In this document: positions 57,739 through 64,000 of the stretch, piece by piece
Numbering within the stretch: the stretch's first letter is position 1
How the letters are laid out: each line of letters begins with the position of its first letter
IMG/VR virus record: IMGVR_UViG_3300022744_000020
Coordinates: 62,001-126,000 of that record
Strand: one strand, 5' to 3'
Length of the DNA stretch: 64,000 bases
The notes under the pieces: model-generated
The model's database searches: none
Told to the model about the DNA's origin: nothing
The model's input: only the letters and a program-made list of their open reading frames with translations
Position numbers and translations under genes: made by a program

Positions 57739-59349
57739 ATGGGGTATGTATTGAGGACGGACTTTATGCTGAAGCCAAATACCCTACCGACCTTGAAGGA
57801 CCACCGCGCCTTCAAGTACATGACGATTTATGTTCGCTCTCATCACTTTCTGGTGAGAACCTTTGAGCCTCTTGGAAGAGAAATTTGCGGGATACTGTCT
57901 AGACAACTGATTCAATTCAAGGTCTTCAAAACGAAATGGGGAGACATGAAGCGAGAGGCAACAAAAGTATTTGCCTCAAGCAACGCCTCTCGAACGGAGT
58001 TCCGGTACCATATCAACCTGTTGCCGGAATTCAAGCTGATCCTCCAGAACCGGATTCGTGACCCTAAGCTCTACGATTTTGTCATCGAGCCGGAGTACAC
58101 ACCTGATTCGGTTAGCTTCACCATCCAGCCCCAGTGGAGTGACCGGGATTATCAAGTCCCGATCATCGAGTATTTAGCAAGCTCGCCCGTTCGGAGAAGG
58201 TTCTTATCCCTTCAGACCGGTAGAGGTAAAAGCTACTGCGCCATGAGGGCTTGTGCTATTCTCGGGCAGCGAGTAGCCATCTTCGTTCTGCCGAAATACG
58301 CTGACAAGTGGGCTAAGGACATTCAGCGAACCTACGAGTGTGGGAAAAACGACATTCTGATCATCGCTGGATCAAAAGGCTTGAAGGACTTGCTCAGGTT
58401 AAGGGCTCTGGGCAAGATGGAAGCCAAGATCCTCATCTTCAGCATCCCAACGGTGCGTGAGTGGTATGGTCTTTACGAGAAGTACGGTAAAGCCCTCAAG
58501 GAGCTTGGCTACGAATGCTACCCTGAAGATCTGCTGAAGTTCCTTGGTGTTGGTGTACGCATCACAGATGAAGCGCATGAGCATTTCCATGCAAACACCA
58601 AGGTCGACTTCTACACGCACTGCCCCGTGTCAATTGGGCTCTCGGCCACACTGTTCAACCTGGATCAATTCACGGAGAGAATGTACCGGATCATGTATCC
58701 GCCCTCCGAGAGATGTCCTGAGTTAGAGCTGATCCGGTACATCGATGCTTTCTCTGTTTCCTACCGGTGGAAATATCCCGAAGAGATCAAAATCTCTGAG
58801 ACGGGACAGTCGATGTATTCCAACAATGCCGTGGAGTATTGGACGCTCAAACATCCAAAACTACTGAAAGGATGGCTGGAGTATGTGGTCTGGATCGTAG
58901 AGCACGGATATGCCAAAAGCAAAAGGAAAAACAGGAAGATGCTCCTGTACTTTTGGCGCGGAGACATGATCGATGCGGTAGTGAAATGCCTTGAAGGGAA
59001 ATACCCCGATCGCAAAGTCCAGAAGTACATGAGCGAGGAAACTCTGGATCAGCTTTTGGACTGCGACATTGGGGTAACGACCTATGGATCGGCTGGAGCG
59101 GCACTGGACATCCCGGATCTGACTGACGTGGCAATGTTTGTTGGTATTCGCAGTCAGCAATATCTGGTGCAGTTGTCTGGACGATTGCGAGAACTGAGGA
59201 CTCCTGGAGAAGATAATCAGACACGGTTTTACTACGCGGTTTGTTTGAACCAGGAAAAGAGCATGTCCTTTCACGCGAGCAATTATGAGTTATTAAAGCT
59301 CAGGGCCAAGACGGTTAATTGCTTGGACAGTGGAATAGTCATTGGCTAA
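57739..59349 (+). CDS. SF2 DExH helicase (UvsW-like; phiKZ gp75-like)
   Basis: RDYQ, GRGKS, DEAH, SAT and QLSGRLR motifs. Confidence 0.9.
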   Translation: MGYVLRTDFMLKPNTLPTLKDHRAFKYMTIYVRSHHFLVRTFEPLGREICGILSRQLIQFKVFKTKWGDMKREATKVFASSNASRTEFRYHINLLPEFKLILQNRIRDPKLYDFVIEPEYTPDSVSFTIQPQWSDRDYQVPIIEYLASSPVRRRFLSLQTGRGKSYCAMRACAILGQRVAIFVLPKYADKWAKDIQRTYECGKNDILIIAGSKGLKDLLRLRALGKMEAKILIFSIPTVREWYGLYEKYGKALKELGYECYPEDLLKFLGVGVRITDEAHEHFHANTKVDFYTHCPVSIGLSATLFNLDQFTERMYRIMYPPSERCPELELIRYIDAFSVSYRWKYPEEIKISETGQSMYSNNAVEYWTLKHPKLLKGWLEYVVWIVEHGYAKSKRKNRKMLLYFWRGDMIDAVVKCLEGKYPDRKVQKYMSEETLDQLLDCDIGVTTYGSAGAALDIPDLTDVAMFVGIRSQQYLVQLSGRLRELRTPGEDNQTRFYYAVCLNQEKSMSFHASNYELLKLRAKTVNCLDSGIVIG

Positions 59350-59354
59350 CAAAG

Positions 59355-59400
59355 TACAGGACTACCAGTAGAGCTTTCGCTCTACTGGTAGTCCTGTATG
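59355..59400 (+). terminator. 20-bp perfect hairpin with TATG at its base
   Basis: tacaggactaccagtagagc-tttc-gctctactggtagtcctgta-tg. Confidence 0.75.
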
Positions 59401-59424
59401 ATTTATTCCAGTTTTTTACAAGCA

Positions 59425-59439
59425 TATATAACCAACGTG
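59425..59439 (+). promoter_or_regulatory. early promoter motif
   Basis: TATATAAC-caacg-TG. Confidence 0.7.
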
Positions 59440-59489
59440 AATCGAAGACAATCTCGTCTTGCATGCTTGTAAACCGGAAAGAAATTGGA

Positions 59490-59774
59490 ATGCTTCCATC
59501 AACTTCGTATCCGTACTACGATCGACACGGATTGCCCGTGATCCTGGGTCGTTCTTGGATAGATCAGATCGTAGCAGAAACAGACACCGGAATAGAAGGC
59601 GTTGTCAAATACGTTGATCTGTTCAACATCGTAACTTTCGTACCATTGAAAGGGTCAGTCTATTGGGATGCTCCTCGTTGGATTCGTACCTACAAAGAAC
59701 TTTACCTTCTCCATCGCTTAGCGAAGCAATACGAAGCGGAACAGGCGAGGGCCCTTGCTGAGGAAGACTCCTGA
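59490..59774 (+). CDS. hypothetical protein
   Basis: Behind an early promoter motif; start 59490 or 59463; hairpin at 59789-59812. Confidence 0.65.
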   Translation: MLPSTSYPYYDRHGLPVILGRSWIDQIVAETDTGIEGVVKYVDLFNIVTFVPLKGSVYWDAPRWIRTYKELYLLHRLAKQYEAEQARALAEEDS

Positions 59775-59837
59775 CCGTTCTCGGTATAACGCCTGACCTC
59801 GCGGTCAGGCGTAAGAAGATCGAAAGATCTTTTTTTT

Positions 59838-62336
59838 TTACGTTATTTCCACATGCTGGTTGTATGTATCCGGCATGAGAATATTCAAAGGACACAGAAC
59901 CGCGTATTCGATGTCTGAGATTCCTGAATACTGCAAGTAGTCGTGGCTAACTAGCCAGACCTGAGAGAACTCTCCTTGGTTAGCCAGTTCTGTAGCCAGA
60001 GCACCAAACTCCTCTCGATGTCCGTTGTCCAGGTTCCTACCTACCTCATCGAGGGTCAGTATGGTATCGCTGAATCCAAGCTCCCTCATCGCCGTAATCT
60101 TGAATGCTAGATTGAAGATTTCTCCCATGCCCTTGGAGCAATGAGAAACGTCATCAATTACGTCCATCTCCGCTCCACGCTCAACAGGGAACATGTAATC
60201 CAACTCAATGTCGTTAGGGTCTGACATTGCGCACGGGCGAATCTTCATCGGATACTTCCAAACTTTCCCGATGAAGTCATTCATTCCATCCAGGAAGTGC
60301 TCAATAAATCCAAAGAGCCCAGCGGCAATCAGTCCTTCGTTGGGAGATATCGCGCGCACGTTGGCTAGCCATGCTTTTTCCTGAAGTTCCAAATCCGCGA
60401 TGTGTTGAGTCAGGGAGGAGATGATCGACTTTTGCTTTTCCGATTGGTGAATGACGGCTTCCTTACTGGCCAAGAGCATTCTTACTTCGCGGATCACGCC
60501 GTTCAGGATCGTCCTTCGAGTGCTTTCCAGCAGATCATCCTGGACCTCGTTAAGACTATCTACGCATTTTTGCAGTTCTACTCTGTGCTTCTCAATTGCA
60601 AGGATCGTTTGCATGGATTGAGAAACCTCATCTTTTCTTCTCTCCAACTTAACCAGCTTGGTAGTGTGTTTCTCAATCTCCGATGTTATTCTTTCCAAAT
60701 CTTCGTAAAGTTCAGCCGTATTCGCAGGAAGTTCGGAGCATGAAAGCTCTTGAAGAATCTTGGACTTCTCTTGACACTCCGCATCCAGTTGGGTAATGGC
60801 GTGCCTGGTCTGTAGGTCTTTTTGTACCGACTCCAGCCTTTCAGAGCAAACCGAAGGGTCTTCAAATAAAAAGCCATCAGCTTTTACGAAATCCCAGTAC
60901 GGGCCAAGCTCAGAGTGGTTTTTAAACAGTCTTGCGACCACCAGATACTTATTGATGTAGTCGGAGCATTCGTCCTGGAAACGCTCATGCTCCTGAATTT
61001 TCTTGGCAATCTCGGACAAAGAAACGACCAGTGAAGACTTGTCCTTTTCGTCCCGCTCCACTTGCTCACGACTGCTGGAGAACTTAAAACTGTACTGGCA
61101 CTCAGGGCAAGTCACGTCAGAAACAGTAGCGTGCTCGGCAGCATGATTAAGTGCATGCTGTATTCTGCCCAGACGATCGTTCAGATCAGTTTGAATCACT
61201 CTCAGTCGGTTCAAGGTTTCTTTGACCTCACCCAGCGAGCGAGAGCCGTATTTACCATTTGGATTAACGGGCAGCTCTTGAAGTGCGAGGAAAACCGAAG
61301 ATTTGATCGCCGAGAAGATGTCGAGAAGGTTCTCTACATTTGCTTGAGAATCTAGCTCAACATCTAAAAGACTGACGCTGAGTTTATTTCTTTCACGAAT
61401 CGCTTCCATCAATCGGTTGGATAATGCGGTTAAGTTATTCTTCTCTATCTTTCTAGCCAGCTCGATTTTAGACTTTATTTTCTCAAGCTCAGTCGAATAG
61501 TTACTGACCGTGGTTTGGCTAATGGCTATTGCCCCGTGCAGTCGAAGCTGTAGTCTCCTGAGGCTTTCCGGCTTGGCGAAATCCGAACCCATTCGACGTT
61601 GCATCAGTCTCAGGTACCTCGATTTCAATTGCTCGAAGGAGGACAGCCTTTGTTGTCTGGTATAGGTGAGCTCTTGAATGGAGGAGTCCACCGGCATGGC
61701 ACGACTGCTCAGCCATTCGTATTCTTTTTTAATCTGGGATACTTCCTGCAGTAGGCGATCGTAATCGTCGAAGCCCAAAATCTTTGAAGTTTCCTGAGTG
61801 AGCTTGATGCGCAGAATCTTCAAAGACCCCTGGGTATCTCTGAGTTTTTCCCTGAACTCGTTGAACAGACGCAGAGCGTAGCTGTAGTTCACGCGATCGA
61901 GTCGCATGAACCATTTCTTTCTTTGTTCTGGTTTAAGCTCAGTGAAATTAACGGATTCAAACAGAAGCTGGTGAACGTCCTGATCAATTCCAAAATGCTC
62001 GAAAACTAAATCTTTCTGACGAACGGAAGTTCCCCAATTGTTCAGCACCTCTCCGTCGACTTCAAAGTAATAGCGAGCGCCTGGCTGAAAGGCCAGCTTC
62101 AACACATAGTCTCGACCATTGTGGTCAAACATCTGTATCTTTCCACCGCATTCTTTGTCGTACCACTTGATGTTTGTTGGAGGATAAGGGGAAACTTCTC
62201 CCAGCAATCTAGATTTTCCGGACCCGTTGGTTCCGAGTACGCACTGATTCTTTTTGCTTGGAGTAATAACGAATTTATTGATAGCGTTGAGATCAAAACG
62301 CTTAAATCCAACGATCTCCATGTGTTTCAGTTTCAT
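59838..62336 (-). CDS. sbcC: SbcC/Rad50-like SMC ATPase (phiKZ gp165-like)
   Basis: Walker A GTNGSGKS, coiled coils, zinc hook CPEC, signature-like CSKG, Walker B LTLDE, VSH. Confidence 0.9.
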   Translation of the reverse strand: MKLKHMEIVGFKRFDLNAINKFVITPSKKNQCVLGTNGSGKSRLLGEVSPYPPTNIKWYDKECGGKIQMFDHNGRDYVLKLAFQPGARYYFEVDGEVLNNWGTSVRQKDLVFEHFGIDQDVHQLLFESVNFTELKPEQRKKWFMRLDRVNYSYALRLFNEFREKLRDTQGSLKILRIKLTQETSKILGFDDYDRLLQEVSQIKKEYEWLSSRAMPVDSSIQELTYTRQQRLSSFEQLKSRYLRLMQRRMGSDFAKPESLRRLQLRLHGAIAISQTTVSNYSTELEKIKSKIELARKIEKNNLTALSNRLMEAIRERNKLSVSLLDVELDSQANVENLLDIFSAIKSSVFLALQELPVNPNGKYGSRSLGEVKETLNRLRVIQTDLNDRLGRIQHALNHAAEHATVSDVTCPECQYSFKFSSSREQVERDEKDKSSLVVSLSEIAKKIQEHERFQDECSDYINKYLVVARLFKNHSELGPYWDFVKADGFLFEDPSVCSERLESVQKDLQTRHAITQLDAECQEKSKILQELSCSELPANTAELYEDLERITSEIEKHTTKLVKLERRKDEVSQSMQTILAIEKHRVELQKCVDSLNEVQDDLLESTRRTILNGVIREVRMLLASKEAVIHQSEKQKSIISSLTQHIADLELQEKAWLANVRAISPNEGLIAAGLFGFIEHFLDGMNDFIGKVWKYPMKIRPCAMSDPNDIELDYMFPVERGAEMDVIDDVSHCSKGMGEIFNLAFKITAMRELGFSDTILTLDEVGRNLDNGHREEFGALATELANQGEFSQVWLVSHDYLQYSGISDIEYAVLCPLNILMPDTYNQHVEIT

Positions 62337-62404
62337 TTTTTATTGCTCCAATTAGCACACAACCCATGTAGTGATATGCTTAATTTACACCATAAGAGGA
62401 ATTT

Positions 62405-63268
62405 ATGCTGCCGGATGACCTTGCTTCCGCGTTGAGATTTTGGTCCGATGGCGTTGTTGCTCAGAATAAAAAACTGGGGTCCATGGTCATCGAAGTGATC
62501 CCATTGGAGAAGACACCGTATCTTGATAAGGATCTGTCGGCTACGCCGACTGTCGCTAAGACCACGGGCAAAGATGCGTTTGGAGGAGAATACAGCGTAG
62601 AAGCTGAGACTCGAGCAAGCATTCAAGCAACTTGGCTTCCTCTGGGGGGAAGCAACCGCATCACGGCACCAGATGTTCGTCGCGGAGAGCCGGTAAGTAT
62701 TGTTCGCTTTGCGAATCAAGACAAATACTACTGGGTGACGACACTCTTAGGTCAAAAGCTGCGTAAGCTAGAGACGGTAATTTTCGCATTCAGCGGCACT
62801 AAAGACGAGAACGCCGAGGTTAGCCCTGAAACGCACTATTTCCTAGAGATAAGCACCCACCGGGGACAGGTCACTTTTCATACGAGTAAAGCCAACGGAG
62901 AGCCCTACTCGTATGATCTGCAAATTGATACAAAGAACGGAAAGTTTCATTTCCAAGACGACGTCTCTAATTCGGTCTACTTGAATTCGGCACAAGCTCG
63001 ACTCAAGATGAGGAATACGAATGGGGCGTTCTTTGACATGTTAGCGGATGACATTACGATATCCGCGCCAAACAGAATCACGGTTAATTGTAAAGAGTAC
63101 GTTTGCTCTGCCTCCAGCTCTTATCAGGTAACAACGCAAGCATATACCGTTTCCAGCGGAACGGTAGGCTACAATTCTAGCGGAGCTTTCAGTATTGGTG
63201 CCAATGGCTTCTCGGTCGAGGGTGGAAGCTACGCAACGATCATGTCGATGAACACTATTGTGGAGTAA
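62405..63268 (+). CDS. baseplate central spike protein (phiKZ gp164-like)
   Basis: ATWLP...RITAPDVRRGE OB-like block, C-terminal beta-strand repeats, followed by PAAR. Confidence 0.75.
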   Translation: MLPDDLASALRFWSDGVVAQNKKLGSMVIEVIPLEKTPYLDKDLSATPTVAKTTGKDAFGGEYSVEAETRASIQATWLPLGGSNRITAPDVRRGEPVSIVRFANQDKYYWVTTLLGQKLRKLETVIFAFSGTKDENAEVSPETHYFLEISTHRGQVTFHTSKANGEPYSYDLQIDTKNGKFHFQDDVSNSVYLNSAQARLKMRNTNGAFFDMLADDITISAPNRITVNCKEYVCSASSSYQVTTQAYTVSSGTVGYNSSGAFSIGANGFSVEGGSYATIMSMNTIVE

Positions 63269-63531
63269 TGATGGCCAGAAGAATCGCAGTCTTAGGGGAT
63301 ACGAGCAGCCATGGTGGCTCAGTTATTTCTGCCGGAGGTAAGTTTAGAATCGGTGGCAAATGGGTAGTGGTAGATGGTGACGCTCACGCATGTCCGAAAA
63401 GACATCACGGAATCACCCCGATTTCTGGAACTGGTTCCGTTAAGAGTGGTGGCCGACGAGCGGTAGTAGATGGCGATTCTGCGGCTTGTGGGGCCTCCAT
63501 TAACGCTAGTAGTAGCGTGGGTACCAAATAG
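63268..63531 (+). CDS. PAAR-like spike tip protein
   Basis: AVLGD..SHGG, VVDGD..ACP...H and VVDGD..ACGA repeats. Confidence 0.88.
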   Translation: MMARRIAVLGDTSSHGGSVISAGGKFRIGGKWVVVDGDAHACPKRHHGITPISGTGSVKSGGRRAVVDGDSAACGASINASSSVGTK

Positions 63532-63536
63532 TCATT

Positions 63537-63580
63537 ATAATCCACCACAGGAGCCTTGAGGGGCCCTGTGGTGGATTATG
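63537..63580. terminator. long hairpin between convergent genes with TATG at its base
   Basis: ataatccaccacagg...cctgtggtggattat-g. Confidence 0.7.
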
Positions 63581-63588
63581 TGCTTGAT

Positions 63589-63999
63589 TTAATTGAAGTC
63601 TTTCCCAATCTCCAAAAAGCAAGCCCGAGAAAGCGTCGTGGCGCGTTGAGGATCTCTTGCGTCTGAATAGCTGATCAGGTTTTTCAAATTGGAACTGTGA
63701 TAAGCTCGCTTTTGATCGTAAGCATCTTTACACCAAAGGGTGTATTTCCCGAACTCGGAGGTTTTCCAATACTCAGGCATCCTCCCGCTTCCGGTCACGA
63801 TTGGCCATTTAGGATCTACCTGGGTGAGATACTGATTCGGGATCCCCACGTTGCGAAGATGGTGAGTGCACGAATACAGATGTTTGGCATTCACGATCAC
63901 GGCAAAAGACTGACTGAGCTTCAGGTACTTTGTCAAGAAAGCATCCGAAGTAATCTGAGCCATCGAAAACTGAGAGGGGTTGTGAGGGGAGCTGACCAA
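63589..63999 (-). CDS. C-terminal part of a probable virion protein (runs off the window)
   Basis: Open frame from the window edge; YLKLSQSF and GRMPEY blocks. Confidence 0.6.
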   Translation of the reverse strand: MVSSPHNPSQFSMAQITSDAFLTKYLKLSQSFAVIVNAKHLYSCTHHLRNVGIPNQYLTQVDPKWPIVTGSGRMPEYWKTSEFGKYTLWCKDAYDQKRAYHSSNLKNLISYSDARDPQRATTLSRACFLEIGKDFN

Positions 64000-64000
64000 T

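Noticed and set aside
62405-63531. Spike plus PAAR as a type VI secretion system
   Set aside because: The context is a contractile-tailed phage and no T6SS membrane complex genes are present
1-64000. CRISPR array, tRNA genes, introns/inteins, IS elements
   Set aside because: No regularly spaced repeats, cloverleaf signatures, homing-endonuclease or transposase motifs were recognised by eye; tRNAscan and Infernal would be needed to exclude RNA genes

Overview
This is 64 kb of a nucleus-forming, phiKZ-like jumbo phage genome (Chimalliviridae-type). Gene identities come from motifs visible in the translations plus recalled phiKZ gene order; no database search was run, so phiKZ gp numbers are best-guess correspondences. 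Recognisable core genes: prohead protease, tail tube and sheath, three virion/baseplate proteins, terminase large subunit, the polymerase half of a split family-B DNA polymerase, chimallin, three catalytic nvRNAP pieces and the sigma-like gp68 subunit, ChmC-like and PicA/Imp1-like nucleus proteins, SbcD and SbcC, an SF2 helicase, tail spike and PAAR. Accessory blocks at about 1.8-10.7, 14.1-14.9, 20.4-26.2 and 31.8-35.4 kb sit behind a recurrent early-promoter motif (YAYATWRY-N5-TG). Most notable observations: (1) an early operon of three unannotated 32-34 aa hydrophobic micropeptides plus a membrane-anchored protein; (2) six overlapping, similarly built small genes upstream of the DNA polymerase, where phiKZ encodes nuclear-import factors; (3) a prohead-protease paralog with the nucleophile Ser apparently replaced by Gly; (4) long hairpins lacking U-tracts that carry TATG at the stem base; (5) a 16-bp direct repeat upstream of chimallin; (6) a GAANP(F/L) motif shared by the tails of chimallin and the PicA-adjacent protein. 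No tRNA, rRNA, CRISPR array or IS element was recognised.
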